Origin: Escherichia coli
GTDB lineage: Bacteria; Pseudomonadota; Gammaproteobacteria; Enterobacterales; Enterobacteriaceae
DNA length: 64,000 nt
Direction: 5' to 3' (one strand)
NCBI GenBank assembly: GCA_009729775.1
Contig: GCA_009729775.1_4081.1
The notes under the pieces were generated by a model. That model did not search any database and was not told the DNA's origin. It saw only the letters and a program-made list of their open reading frames with translations. The number at the start of each line of letters is the position of its first letter. Within the stretch, counting starts at the first letter, position 1. Position numbers and translations under genes: made by a program. This document shows positions 10,537 through 20,815 of the stretch, piece by piece.

Positions 10537-10837
10537 CTATTTCACATGGATAACAATTCATAATTTTGTTCAATAGAATCTGGTATTTTTTAATAACTTC
10601 TATATCAATTTTTATATTACTATTAAAAACTAATGATTCTTGAAATAATTCCCCCTCGTCAAGTGAAGTAAAATCATTTATCTTCAAGGGTATATTGTTG
10701 CATCGCAAGGAGAATGTATTTTCATCACGAATTAAAGTATAGAAATCATTATGTTTTTTATTATAATCAAATTTAACAAGTAGTAGTTTAATATGAGTAG
10801 CGTACATTACTTTAACTAATTCAGATTCACGTCGCAT
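10496..10837 (-). CDS. family A paralog
   Basis: core EGELFQESLV; start approximate. Confidence 0.65.
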   Translation of the reverse strand: MRRESELVKVMYATHIKLLLVKFDYNKKHNDFYTLIRDENTFSLRCNNIPLKINDFTSLDEGELFQESLVFNSNIKIDIEVIKKYQILLNKIMNCYPCEIGGHMQFKSKMYEL

Positions 10838-11259
10838 ACCATACCTCTCTTATGATGCAAACATTCTTGCATAATGTGTTGTATTTTTCGTAACAGAAAC
10901 ACATCCAGTTCATTAAAAACAGTACTGTACTGGAACATCTCTTCTTCCCCGTACTCAGTTAAATCATCAATTTCATCTCTAGAAACAGCTACAATATTAA
11001 AACCACGTGTACTACAATAACCCTTAGTAAGATAATATATGTACTTGTACTCTCCGTTGATATCTAAGAGATCTTGTGTGATACAGAAGCTTTTGGGTGA
11101 CAGTTTATCATCAGGAACCATATGCCTTGCTTGTACATAGCAACGGATACCATCACCTATACTATATGTAATAACTTCAAATTCAATCTTCATAGGTGAA
11201 TATAATCCTTTTATATTGCTCAGGTGCAGTACTGAAACGTTTGATTGGATAATTATCAA
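10816..11259 (-). CDS. family A paralog
   Basis: core EEEMFQYSTV. Confidence 0.65.
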   Translation of the reverse strand: MIIIQSNVSVLHLSNIKGLYSPMKIEFEVITYSIGDGIRCYVQARHMVPDDKLSPKSFCITQDLLDINGEYKYIYYLTKGYCSTRGFNIVAVSRDEIDDLTEYGEEEMFQYSTVFNELDVFLLRKIQHIMQECLHHKRGMVCDVNLN

Positions 11260-11545
11260 AGATTCTTTTCATTTCTTTCTGGATTAAACATAAGAAATCA
11301 AAGTTACAATCGTACTTATTATCCCATACTAAACTTTCTTGGAATAACTCATCCTCTTGCATTAGTGTAGTGTCAATTACATCTTCACGGACATAGCTAT
11401 ATACTTCATAGCTCTTGAAGCCATCTTCTGATAATTCTAATTCATATGCAGCCATATCAAACATATCATCATGGTTTGTCTTCAAAGATATTAAACAAGT
11501 AACTAATTTTTTAGTTGTATAGTATGTAATACTTAATGTGTTCAT
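11183..11545 (-). CDS. family A paralog
   Basis: core EDELFQESLV. Confidence 0.7.
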   Translation of the reverse strand: MNTLSITYYTTKKLVTCLISLKTNHDDMFDMAAYELELSEDGFKSYEVYSYVREDVIDTTLMQEDELFQESLVWDNKYDCNFDFLCLIQKEMKRIFDNYPIKRFSTAPEQYKRIIFTYED

Positions 11546-11550
11546 TTGTT

Positions 11551-12153
11551 TTATACCTCAGTATATAGCTTACAATAGCTTTCATCGAAATTACAAACAC
11601 TTCTCAAGTACTGACACAGGTCATTGAAAATATTTACATTTGATATATATACATTATCAAATTCTGTTCGTTGAAAGAATGTATGCATAGAATTTGTAAT
11701 ATATCGCATTGCATCTTCACGTCCCATAGTTATATCATTTGTGAACATTGCATCTTCATCAGTACTGATGTGTTCTATTTTAAATGATTTCATAAATGGA
11801 ATACTCTTTCCTAGGGCATAACCATCACCATATGATGCTTCTACTGCACCTTTAGAATAAAGGAATTGATATAAGTCCGAATCACGATTATAAAAAGTAC
11901 GACATACGGAGGAACATAATTTATTATCTATATGAAATAAAAATCTTTTAGCATTTTTGTCTAATACTATTCGCAATGCATCACTCTCTAGAAATATATC
12001 ACCATCAAGCATAAATGAGAACTGTACTAATGCTTTTTCTAAATCCGCTCGTTTGTGATAAATCATTTCCTGCATATATATAATATCATTTGCTAATTTC
12101 TTAAAAAACAAATGCACATCTGCACTACAACATTTATTTGCATTTATTGACAT
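11551..12153 (-). CDS. hypothetical protein
   Basis: 200 aa ORF. Confidence 0.55.
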   Translation of the reverse strand: MSINANKCCSADVHLFFKKLANDIIYMQEMIYHKRADLEKALVQFSFMLDGDIFLESDALRIVLDKNAKRFLFHIDNKLCSSVCRTFYNRDSDLYQFLYSKGAVEASYGDGYALGKSIPFMKSFKIEHISTDEDAMFTNDITMGREDAMRYITNSMHTFFQRTEFDNVYISNVNIFNDLCQYLRSVCNFDESYCKLYTEV

Positions 12154-12704
12154 AATAGTTCCTTATACATATGATGTACTTTACAAATCTCATTATAGTA
12201 TTTCATATCAATGTCATTTGTATTAAAAACGGAAACAGACAATACTGCTAACTTATCAATTAAGTAATTATTATCGGCGTACTCTTTTAACTTATTGAAC
12301 ATATAGATGCATTTTATGCTTAATTCATCATGCAACACACTGTTCTGAAAAATATTCTCTTCAGTATTAGGAGATAAGTAATCTTCAATTATATACGATA
12401 AACTACTATCGCAATCTTTATAGATTGAAATTGATGGATGTAATGTGTCATACATTACACTAAACAGAACACCGTCATATGTGGATATTAAACTATTATT
12501 GGAAACAGTAGGATGATAATATTTCAGTACTGAAAACTTTGAACAATCAGTGCAGTAAAAATGATCCATCCCTCGACGACTTTCGTATGAGAATAGTTTA
12601 CTTGTATATTCAATCCCTTTGGTGCGACGGATTGTTTCATGCATTTCTGCACATTGCATTAAAATTACCATACGTTCAAACGCAATATCTAAATCATCGT
12701 ACAT
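12144..12704 (-). CDS. family A paralog
   Basis: core EENIFQNSVL. Confidence 0.7.
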   Translation of the reverse strand: MYDDLDIAFERMVILMQCAEMHETIRRTKGIEYTSKLFSYESRRGMDHFYCTDCSKFSVLKYYHPTVSNNSLISTYDGVLFSVMYDTLHPSISIYKDCDSSLSYIIEDYLSPNTEENIFQNSVLHDELSIKCIYMFNKLKEYADNNYLIDKLAVLSVSVFNTNDIDMKYYNEICKVHHMYKELLCQ

Positions 12705-12885
12705 AACGGATATCCTTCTTCAGCGAATTAATATATTCCAAAATAACTTGTTCCTGATATTGGGTTCCCAAGTACATCAGGACTTTCAACTCTTTGAATT
12801 CAGTACTATATGAGTCTGTTTGCATCATTCTAGTAGAATATATATTGAATAGTTTAGCAATGTCATTTTGGTCTATTATTTTCAT
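12694..12885 (-). CDS. family B paralog (small protein)
   Basis: 63 aa; motif YLGTQYQEQV; isolated inside family A array. Confidence 0.65.
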   Translation of the reverse strand: MKIIDQNDIAKLFNIYSTRMMQTDSYSTEFKELKVLMYLGTQYQEQVILEYINSLKKDIRYVR

Positions 12886-13084
12886 ATATTCTCTTCTGGA
12901 TTAGTTCCTGTAAGTGCTGAATATAACCCTTCATTGCAACATCCTGTTTGTTAGAGCCAACGAAGAACAAGAGCTTAAAGTCATGGTAATCCATTTTTGG
13001 TTTAGTAGTGAACCATATGTCCCACACTGCACTCACAGTTCTCATGTATTCAATTCGATTAAATGTTTTTGAATACTTCATCAA
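12863..13084 (-). CDS. family B-like small protein (divergent)
   Basis: 73 aa; FVGSNKQDVAMKGYIQHL. Confidence 0.5.
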   Translation of the reverse strand: MMKYSKTFNRIEYMRTVSAVWDIWFTTKPKMDYHDFKLLFFVGSNKQDVAMKGYIQHLQELIQKRIYENNRPK

Positions 13085-13595
13085 TGTTAATCGCCAATAA
13101 GTTAATATACAAATTACTGTTAAATGCTATCTGCAATTCCATATAGAACTGAATGATAGCATAGTCAGGGTCAGTACACGATAGTTGAAAACACTGTTCG
13201 TCAAATGCATTGTAATTGTACTTAGGGATGTGAATTTCACGCTTCAAATCAGGTTGACCCCACTTCATCGCATACACACCAATGTTATTGTTCTTTTTCC
13301 TTTTCTTAAATGTTAATTGTTGAATATTTCCAGCGTTGTCTAGGAAAATAGTATTATTCGACACAGGTGCACCAATAGAAAACAATGATGTATCAATTAC
13401 GTGTGTCTCACGCACCTCACACTTCTGGAATGCCCCAGTACCCTGTAATACATAATGAAAATTGTACTTCTCATTAACAACAGTACTAGGATCGATTAAA
13501 CCAGTACTGCATTTTTTGAGTACTGGTACAATGGTGCGAATCTTTTTTGATAAATCTTGTAATGCATCAAAGTCATTGATGTTAACTTTCATCAC
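13059..13595 (-). CDS. family A paralog
   Basis: core DEQCFQLSCT. Confidence 0.65.
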   Translation of the reverse strand: MMKVNINDFDALQDLSKKIRTIVPVLKKCSTGLIDPSTVVNEKYNFHYVLQGTGAFQKCEVRETHVIDTSLFSIGAPVSNNTIFLDNAGNIQQLTFKKRKKNNNIGVYAMKWGQPDLKREIHIPKYNYNAFDEQCFQLSCTDPDYAIIQFYMELQIAFNSNLYINLLAINIDEVFKNI

Positions 13596-14041
13596 TCGAA
13601 TGTAGCCTCTTCAGTAGTAACAAAATTGGTTAGTGTATCCAGTTCAGCAGTGTCAAGATAAAATACATCTAGTACAGATTTCTGATATATTACACTGAAT
13701 GTGCATAGATTGTCAAGTGTCCCTTGTTCATAAACAGTACTACCCTGGAAGTACCCTTCTTCAGTACTCAGGGATAAAATATCTGAAATTTTAAAAGATT
13801 CTTCAGTTGCATGTCTTTCTATATTAACTATATTGCCGTTTCGGTTCAATGAAATATAATCGTATGCTAACTCAATTAGACTATAATTATCCGCATTAGT
13901 GTCAAATAAAGCGACAATTTTTCGTCTCAATCTCTCATCGTGATCATGGTTTTCATCAGCTAAGTATTCAGGATTTTCTTTGAAGAATTTAACGACGCGT
14001 AGAATATCATTTGCTTTCTTGATTGCACTTTCGTAACTCAT
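13592..14041 (-). CDS. family A paralog
   Basis: core EEGYFQGSTV. Confidence 0.7.
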   Translation of the reverse strand: MSYESAIKKANDILRVVKFFKENPEYLADENHDHDERLRRKIVALFDTNADNYSLIELAYDYISLNRNGNIVNIERHATEESFKISDILSLSTEEGYFQGSTVYEQGTLDNLCTFSVIYQKSVLDVFYLDTAELDTLTNFVTTEEATFE

Positions 14042-14346
14042 AATAATTCAACCACTCCATCTCTAAAGTACATATAACTACCACCATTGGATACTGTGAA
14101 TTCTATTGTCCCCAATAATATATTATATTTTTTTATTTCACATGTAGTACTTGTAGTGTAAGGCTCACCATCTCCTAAGTACATTGACATATGACATAGA
14201 ACTTTTCTACCAGCATATTTCTCTTCAAACGATTGTTCAAAACTATGCATAATTTGATTTAAAGCTGAAATGTAATTAATAAAGTCAGGTATTTCTGTTA
14301 ATGAATTATAAACCGTACAAAGTGAATCAAATTCATTTTTAGTCAT
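14038..14346 (-). CDS. hypothetical protein
   Basis: 102 aa ORF. Confidence 0.55.
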   Translation of the reverse strand: MTKNEFDSLCTVYNSLTEIPDFINYISALNQIMHSFEQSFEEKYAGRKVLCHMSMYLGDGEPYTTSTTCEIKKYNILLGTIEFTVSNGGSYMYFRDGVVELL

Positions 14347-14660
14347 TATATTTCTATCTCAATGTAATCCTGTGTGATTAAGTAATTCCAATGATACTTC
14401 ACCTGCTTTTGTAATTCAATTAACGTAAAGAAGTTGATCGATTTATCCCACACGAGCGATTCCTGGAAAATAAATGATTCATGTTCATCGTAATAATCAC
14501 ACTCTAAAAAATCAGGTATATATTCACTATCGTGAATGTATTCAACAAATGAACTAGCTTGGCATTTCTTTACTACTAGTAATAATGAATTATCATGATC
14601 AAACAGATACAATAAACTAATTTCACCAGGGACGTACTGAACACTGAATAAGTTTTTCAT
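14346..14660 (-). CDS. family A paralog
   Basis: core ESFIFQESLV. Confidence 0.7.
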   Translation of the reverse strand: MKNLFSVQYVPGEISLLYLFDHDNSLLLVVKKCQASSFVEYIHDSEYIPDFLECDYYDEHESFIFQESLVWDKSINFFTLIELQKQVKYHWNYLITQDYIEIEI

Positions 14661-15109
14661 TCTATACCTTCTGGATCTTTACGAAGTTCTTCGAAATCCA
14701 AATAAAATCGAGGACAGTTAACACTCTTTAAGTACCACATAATAACTAATGCTTCAAGTACTTCATCATCGTAAACAGTACTGTTTTGGAAGTAATACTC
14801 TTCACTATCCCACGGACCTTCCAGTACTTCATAATTCAAAATTAATGGTTTTTTGCGATTAATAAAACGAATGCTACCATTTTCAACATAACTAATAAAT
14901 TCTGCATCTCTATTGTATTCAGAAAACGATATAGGACTATTGGAATTCAACCCAAGAATAACCCTTACACCAACGGAGTTATTATACATTTCATCCTTGT
15001 AGTAGTTGCCGTTCTCGGCTTTGTACACTTCTTTGAACTTTCCTGCCTTTATATCGTCAAAGTATCCATGTAGTTCTTTTGCTTTTTCAAGAGCACTTTG
15101 TAATGACAT
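14657..15109 (-). CDS. family A paralog, MSLQSAL subfamily
   Basis: N-term MSLQSALEKAK; core EEYYFQNSTV; VIMWYLK. Confidence 0.75.
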   Translation of the reverse strand: MSLQSALEKAKELHGYFDDIKAGKFKEVYKAENGNYYKDEMYNNSVGVRVILGLNSNSPISFSEYNRDAEFISYVENGSIRFINRKKPLILNYEVLEGPWDSEEYYFQNSTVYDDEVLEALVIMWYLKSVNCPRFYLDFEELRKDPEGIE

Positions 15110-15575
15110 TACCTTCTCCTACAGTATTCTCTACATATTCATAATCAAAATAGAAACTACTGGAGTCAATACTTTTGAAATACCACATAATTACAATAAC
15201 ATCTAATTCTTCTTCATTGTACAACGTACTATTCTGGAAGTAATATTCTTCACTATCCCACGGTCCTTCCAGTACTGAATAAGGAATGATAGTGTCATCA
15301 GCATCACTATCTGTGTTGTAGATGGTAATATCTTCATTACGACAATAACTAATGTACTGATTGTACATATGATATTCACAGTTATCACTGTCACCAGTAT
15401 CAGTGTGCAGTACTAATGTTTCTGCACATATCTCGGACTCGTCATAATCGTCACGGTCTTTTACAAAAAATTCAGTATCAGATGTTTTATATACACCTGG
15501 TACTGAACCTTCCTGTACCATAATCATGTACTCATGAATCTTCTTTGCTTCTTTCAATGCACTTTGTAATGACAT
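15087..15575 (-). CDS. family A paralog, MSLQSAL subfamily
   Basis: N-term MSLQSALKEAK; core EEYYFQNSTL. Confidence 0.75.
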   Translation of the reverse strand: MSLQSALKEAKKIHEYMIMVQEGSVPGVYKTSDTEFFVKDRDDYDESEICAETLVLHTDTGDSDNCEYHMYNQYISYCRNEDITIYNTDSDADDTIIPYSVLEGPWDSEEYYFQNSTLYNEEELDVIVIMWYFKSIDSSSFYFDYEYVENTVGEGNVITKCS

Positions 15576-16018
15576 TACAAATCCCCTGTACTTAAATATT
15601 CACATGCTCCCCAGTCAAGAAAGAATGGTTCAAAATTCAATTCCTTAAAGTACCACAACACAACCAAGGAATCAAGAATTTCTTGGTTAAAAATGAGACT
15701 CTGTTGGAAGTAATACTCTTCAGTACCCCACGGGCCATCAAGTACCCCGAAGTCAACAGGTGTATTTGTTGTGTCAAAAGTAATCTTAGTACCTGGAATA
15801 TATACAAAAAAATTAGTATATTGACTACATGAAGAGTACTGTATAGTATTGTCTTTATCCTGTCCCATAAGTAAAATATCATCAGAGTATGTCTTTATAC
15901 CTGATAGATAATACTCATCACCAAATGCACTTACTTTATCACCATAGAAACCACTTTTTATGTTATCGTGGAAGTGATGTATTCTGTGTGCTAGTTCAAG
16001 TGCACTTGCTAAACTCAT
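15575..16018 (-). CDS. family A paralog, MSLQSAL subfamily
   Basis: N-term MSLASALELAH; core EEYYFQQSLI. Confidence 0.75.
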   Translation of the reverse strand: MSLASALELAHRIHHFHDNIKSGFYGDKVSAFGDEYYLSGIKTYSDDILLMGQDKDNTIQYSSCSQYTNFFVYIPGTKITFDTTNTPVDFGVLDGPWGTEEYYFQQSLIFNQEILDSLVVLWYFKELNFEPFFLDWGACEYLSTGDL

Positions 16019-16485
16019 ATATCCTCTTTAATAACTCGTAGTAGATCCAAGTCCAAATAGAAGCTAGGACAATCTGTATTATTAAAGTACCACAGAATGA
16101 CAAGCTTGTCAAGTACATCTTCCTCGTAGATAGTATTCTGCTGGAAGTAGTACTCTTCACTTCCCCAGTCATTATCCAGTACTGAATACGGAAGATGTTT
16201 CTCTGCTGCACCAGATATAATGTCAGAATCTTGTATTAAAATATCAGCATCACGACAGAAGTACATGTAATTATCTTCCAAATTAACATCACACCCATTG
16301 AGTGTTGTTTCAGAAGAATCTAAGTTTTCTTCATACATGTGAATGTACTCACTACTGTCATCGTATCTCATTCGACAATATGATTTACCTTCCTTGAATA
16401 GATATCCATTAAGACAATTTGCTACAATTTCTTTGCTGCATAAATCAATTAACTTCGCAATCTCTAATGCTCTTTCTAAACTCAT
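16015..16485 (-). CDS. family A paralog, MSLQSAL subfamily
   Basis: N-term MSLERALEIAK; core EEYYFQQNTI. Confidence 0.75.
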   Translation of the reverse strand: MSLERALEIAKLIDLCSKEIVANCLNGYLFKEGKSYCRMRYDDSSEYIHMYEENLDSSETTLNGCDVNLEDNYMYFCRDADILIQDSDIISGAAEKHLPYSVLDNDWGSEEYYFQQNTIYEEDVLDKLVILWYFNNTDCPSFYLDLDLLRVIKEDI

Positions 16486-16486
16486 T

Positions 16487-16978
16487 TCAACCCCTGTTAA
16501 TACCGTTATCTACAGTTTTCTTTACGTATTTGTAATCGAAATAGAAGTTCCCAGAACCAATACTTTTAAAGTACCACATAATTATAATAACATCAAGTAC
16601 TTCATTATCATATACAGTACTTTGTTGGAAGTAATACTCTTCACTATCCCACGGACCTTCCAGTACTTCACTCGGAATTATAATGTCATTGGAATCGCTG
16701 TCAGTACTGTTGATGGTATCTGTATCATTAATATAGACCATGTACTCATTATGCATATTAATGAAGCATTCATAATCATTAGGGTCGGTATCTAGTATGC
16801 ACGTTTCTGTATCCAGTACGCACGTTTCTGTATCTGAGCAGTCATTATAAAGGAGGTTATCCGGTACATAATATTGAGTACTTGTGTCTTTGAAAACACC
16901 GTAAACTGAACCTTCTTTTGCCATATTCATGTACTCATGAATCTTCTTTGCTTTTTCCAATGAACTCTGTAATGTCAT
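16487..16978 (-). CDS. family A paralog, MSLQSAL subfamily
   Basis: N-term MTLQSSLEKAK; core EEYYFQQSTV. Confidence 0.75.
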   Translation of the reverse strand: MTLQSSLEKAKKIHEYMNMAKEGSVYGVFKDTSTQYYVPDNLLYNDCSDTETCVLDTETCILDTDPNDYECFINMHNEYMVYINDTDTINSTDSDSNDIIIPSEVLEGPWDSEEYYFQQSTVYDNEVLDVIIIMWYFKSIGSGNFYFDYKYVKKTVDNGINRG

Positions 16979-16987
16979 TTTATAATC

Positions 16988-17347
16988 TCATATATTGAAA
17001 TAATAATTATTCGTTCTTGATGGGGATGGATTAAATACGTTTTCTTTTTCAAATCTCTTCATTTCATTTTGCAAAGAAACCATTTCTTCAAATGTACAGG
17101 AGTACTTATTCTTATCAAACACTAATGCAGCCTGAAATAGTTCACCATCGTCCAGTACTGTATAATCTATAAGACTCTCAGATTCATAGTCATAGTCGTC
17201 ATGTGATACATGAATAAATTTAAAACAAGAATCTTTGTAATGCATATATAAACTCAACTCATGTTCCGAGTCGCCCTTAATAAGATTACAGCACAAGTCC
17301 CATCCTTTAGGTAACTTATAATAGTACATAGAATAATCATATGTCAT
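16988..17347 (-). CDS. family A paralog
   Basis: core DGELFQAALVFDKNKY. Confidence 0.7.
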   Translation of the reverse strand: MTYDYSMYYYKLPKGWDLCCNLIKGDSEHELSLYMHYKDSCFKFIHVSHDDYDYESESLIDYTVLDDGELFQAALVFDKNKYSCTFEEMVSLQNEMKRFEKENVFNPSPSRTNNYYFNI

Positions 17348-17700
17348 TCTTGAATTCCTAAATTGAATTTGTATTCTTGATTAATACTTGCATTGGGTTT
17401 ATGCAAAGCAGCATACTCTTTCATTTCATTTTGTATTGCAATAACTTCTTCAAATGTACACAAGTACTTCTTATCAAATACTAATGATTCTTGGAATAGT
17501 TCTGCGGTATCCATTAATGTATAGTCCGGCATATCTTGGTGTGGATACTGTAATGAACTGTAATCAATGAATGTAAATTTACCCTGAGTGTAATGAATAT
17601 ACTCATTTGCACTGTGCATTAAATCACCTTTGTTTAAATTACAAAAGTACTGATAACTGTGCTTGAAAGTATGTACTGATATTAAAAAATCAAATTCCAT
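17344..17700 (-). CDS. family A paralog
   Basis: core TAELFQESLVFDKKY. Confidence 0.7.
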   Translation of the reverse strand: MEFDFLISVHTFKHSYQYFCNLNKGDLMHSANEYIHYTQGKFTFIDYSSLQYPHQDMPDYTLMDTAELFQESLVFDKKYLCTFEEVIAIQNEMKEYAALHKPNASINQEYKFNLGIQE

Positions 17701-18071
17701 CAGTACTCAACCTCTACATAAATAGATTCAGGAAACTTAGTCATATAATCTTCTGGATAGTTCTGCATTACTTTGATCATTTCTGCCTGTGTAGCACGGA
17801 CGTATTCAATTGGTGCTCCTGGTAAATTCCAGACAGTACTTTCCTGAAAGAATTCCTCTTCTGACAGTACTGTCAGATTTACAAAATCATTACGGTAATT
17901 TTTTGAATCATCATATGTGAAGATTTTAAAAGACCCATTTTCATATAGTACAAGAACAAAATGGGAGAATTTTTGTAATGCACCACCAAGGCTTTCCACG
18001 ACCGCATGATTCAGTGTACAGATGACCTCTTTTTTCCTCATACCGAATTGAATTCTAATTTCTTTTTTCAT
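17700..18071 (-). CDS. family A paralog
   Basis: core EEEFFQESTV. Confidence 0.7.
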   Translation of the reverse strand: MKKEIRIQFGMRKKEVICTLNHAVVESLGGALQKFSHFVLVLYENGSFKIFTYDDSKNYRNDFVNLTVLSEEEFFQESTVWNLPGAPIEYVRATQAEMIKVMQNYPEDYMTKFPESIYVEVEY

Positions 18072-18129
18072 AAAATCTCCTTCAGATTAGTACTGAATTT
18101 GTACAGAATATTAGAACTGTATACAGCCT

Positions 18130-18228
18130 CTGTATCTGTATCCATAATCAAATCACCTTTGTTTAAATTACAAAAGTACTGATAACTGTGCTTAAAAGAA
18201 TGTACTGATATTAAAAAATCAAATTCCA
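18130..18228 (-). pseudogene. truncated duplicate of the 5' end of gene 17344..17700
   Basis: about 85 bp near-identical to 17620-17700 (N-terminal codons MEFDFLISVH...) followed by unrelated sequence and early stop. Confidence 0.5.
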
Positions 18229-18606
18229 TCACTCTTCCCCTAGATTGAAATGATTACAAAAATCATCTTCACCAGTACTGCACCAGATGTCTATACATTC
18301 TCTGTGAATACATTTAATTCTACGCTGTAATTCAATCATCTCTTCTAATGTACAGATGTACTTCTTATCAAATACTAATGCCGCCTGAAACAGTGCAGCA
18401 TCATCAAGTACTGTATAGTCCAACATCTCGGTTGCTTTACCCCTAAACCCAGTACTAAAATCCATCAAATAAAAGTCAGCATTCCAGTACTTTAAAATCT
18501 TGTCCCTAGCGTAGTTTAAATCACCCTTGTATAAGTTAGAGTGCGTAACTAACTCACCAGTGTACATCCATGTCCTTGCACAAAATTCATTATATTTTAT
18601 TTCCAT
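18229..18606 (-). CDS. family A paralog
   Basis: core DAALFQAALVFDKKY; start moved to internal Met (MEIKYNEF); track N-terminal extension runs through an intergenic region. Confidence 0.6.
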   Translation of the reverse strand: MEIKYNEFCARTWMYTGELVTHSNLYKGDLNYARDKILKYWNADFYLMDFSTGFRGKATEMLDYTVLDDAALFQAALVFDKKYICTLEEMIELQRRIKCIHRECIDIWCSTGEDDFCNHFNLGEE

Positions 18607-18801
18607 CTTAATCTCTACTATAATTAATAAGGTAAACTCCAATATAAGGAGAACGTTCGGCGGCGGGGTATTTTTTGTTTCAAGAAACATGAACTGTACT
18701 CTGAAAAACACAATATAAAACTTTATATTAAACATATACCTTAGCATGTTTTTCAGCGGAAATTTTTTTGACCCCCTGCGGCCTGTCAAAATGAAACGTC
18801 T

Positions 18802-19026
18802 CTATTTATTCAGCATAGAAAGCTTGATTTCTTCAATCCTTTTCATTGCACAAAGCCTTCGACTCGTCCTCTCGTATATATTCAATACTCGCTGTAATGC
18901 ATTATCTGTATTATCTGGAACTGCAATCTGAACCAAATATGTATCCTTCAAAATAGAATCCATCATGAATTCAAAACCTTTCACACTAAAGCAATATGCC
19001 ACTTCCGGCTCTTCAAACGTAATCAT
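18802..19026 (-). CDS. hypothetical protein
   Basis: 74 aa ORF. Confidence 0.45.
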   Translation of the reverse strand: MITFEEPEVAYCFSVKGFEFMMDSILKDTYLVQIAVPDNTDNALQRVLNIYERTSRRLCAMKRIEEIKLSMLNK

Positions 19027-19243
19027 AATTCCAATCCCCTATTCCCTCTAACCTTCTAAGATATCTTGCGTAAATTATTTCGAAATATCTGTGCAACGAA
19101 ATTACGGATTGCTCATAATCATCATTCCTGTACATTGTGCATGTCAGAAAATCATTTAACCCAAAATCTAAACTGCACTTGAACTTCTCCTTTGCAATAT
19201 CACTATTACTTGCACTTTTCATAATAAACCCTTTGTACCGCAT
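19013..19243 (-). CDS. hypothetical protein
   Basis: 76 aa ORF. Confidence 0.45.
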   Translation of the reverse strand: MRYKGFIMKSASNSDIAKEKFKCSLDFGLNDFLTCTMYRNDDYEQSVISLHRYFEIIYARYLRRLEGIGDWNYDYV

Positions 19244-19397
19244 TGGTGTACTGTGAACTCAGCACCACTAATAGGTAATCTATATTGTAAGCACGATTTC
19301 CTCGTTGACTAGCACGGCTGGAATAAAGAATATTATCCACATATGTATTGAACTGATCTTCAAATAACTCTTTCATCAGCATTATCCCATCACATAA

Positions 19398-19940
19398 TCA
19401 TACATTAACAACTTTATCGATGTAATCTTCTAACATATCAATATATCTGGTATTGGTTCTAACTAAAAGGTATGCAAATCCAGAAAACTCCTGTGTATAA
19501 TGCTTTACAGCGTACATACAACGAAGCTTATCATTGTCATACATTGTACTGTACTGAAACAAACTCTCGTCTGATAGCTCTAATAACGCTTGGGCTTCAC
19601 TTCTCGTGAACTTCATAGGGTCATGTACTGCATCACAAAAACAAACCTGTGTCTCGCTATTGAAACCCTGTGATAGATATATACCTTCACACTCTGAACG
19701 CACCGATACTGCATTATAACTATGTGTTGCCCCCATCATATCTGAACTCAAAACTAAAATCAACCCATTTTTATTTTTAATCAACAAATCTGACTTAAGG
19801 GATTTGATCTCCGTATGGGAAATATCACCAAATCTTCCTGGAACTTCAAACTTATCAACGTTGTATACAATCTTTTGTACTTGCTCTTTTAAACGCTTAA
19901 TTGCACTTCTGTCTTTTTCTAATGTATCTAATAAACTCAT
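19398..19940 (-). CDS. family A paralog
   Basis: core DESLFQYSTM; start set at MSLLDTLEK by analogy with MSLQSAL subfamily. Confidence 0.6.
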   Translation of the reverse strand: MSLLDTLEKDRSAIKRLKEQVQKIVYNVDKFEVPGRFGDISHTEIKSLKSDLLIKNKNGLILVLSSDMMGATHSYNAVSVRSECEGIYLSQGFNSETQVCFCDAVHDPMKFTRSEAQALLELSDESLFQYSTMYDNDKLRCMYAVKHYTQEFSGFAYLLVRTNTRYIDMLEDYIDKVVNV

Positions 19941-19950
19941 TGTACTTTCC

Positions 19951-20295
19951 TTACATATTTGTACCGAACAAAACGGAACTTTGAATGCCATTAATCGACA
20001 CTTCATGTACATATATATTTTGTCTGAATACCTGAAGCAATTGAACTAAACTTTGTTGCATAATAATATGCATATGTACATTATCAAAGGCCGTTTCGTA
20101 TTGGAATCGTGCAGCTTCATCTTCTATGAAATTCGGAACTTGGACTGGATTTTCAAAATTTGTCCTTGTACTGAACTGTACATCATTGTCCTGTACCTTA
20201 ATACCATATGAATTATCATTGTTATCAACTACATCAAATTCAATTAAACTACCATCTTTACTGACGTTTACTATATAAACCGAAAATCGACTCAT
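19951..20295 (-). CDS. family A paralog (divergent)
   Basis: core EAARFQYETA. Confidence 0.55.
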   Translation of the reverse strand: MSRFSVYIVNVSKDGSLIEFDVVDNNDNSYGIKVQDNDVQFSTRTNFENPVQVPNFIEDEAARFQYETAFDNVHMHIIMQQSLVQLLQVFRQNIYVHEVSINGIQSSVLFGTNM

Positions 20296-20807
20296 AAACC
20301 TATTTCCTCTAAATCTTTGACAAATGTATCATAATCCGATAATGACAAAAATATGTCTGTACTGATGTTTTGACGTAATGTATTAAACAAATTATGTACC
20401 TGTAATAAATCAGGTGCATAAATCAGGGATTGCTGGAAATACGATTCTTCTGTATCTAATATATCCCTGCACTCTATTTCACGAACTCGTTGGTATATTG
20501 AATTTAATAATACATTTTCATCTTTGAGCATTGGAAGGTATCGGATGTACATGTGCTCCATCATCTCATCCTGGATTGAACCCCTGAACTGCAACACGTA
20601 TTCAAAACACATCACTACATCTTGTAGGTAATTGGCACTGTAATTATTGCTGTAAACAATCTTATGACTTCTGAACTCATCATCATTTCTGAACCAATTG
20701 TCACCTACTTTGGTGTACTTATGACTAAGCTTCCCATCCTCCAACGCTCGAATGAACTTCATAATGTTAATTGCAAAATCATATGAATGATGCTTGTGTT
20801 GATGCAT
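20292..20807 (-). CDS. family A paralog
   Basis: core EESYFQQSLI. Confidence 0.7.
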   Translation of the reverse strand: MHQHKHHSYDFAINIMKFIRALEDGKLSHKYTKVGDNWFRNDDEFRSHKIVYSNNYSANYLQDVVMCFEYVLQFRGSIQDEMMEHMYIRYLPMLKDENVLLNSIYQRVREIECRDILDTEESYFQQSLIYAPDLLQVHNLFNTLRQNISTDIFLSLSDYDTFVKDLEEIGL

Positions 20808-20815
20808 TTTTTACC

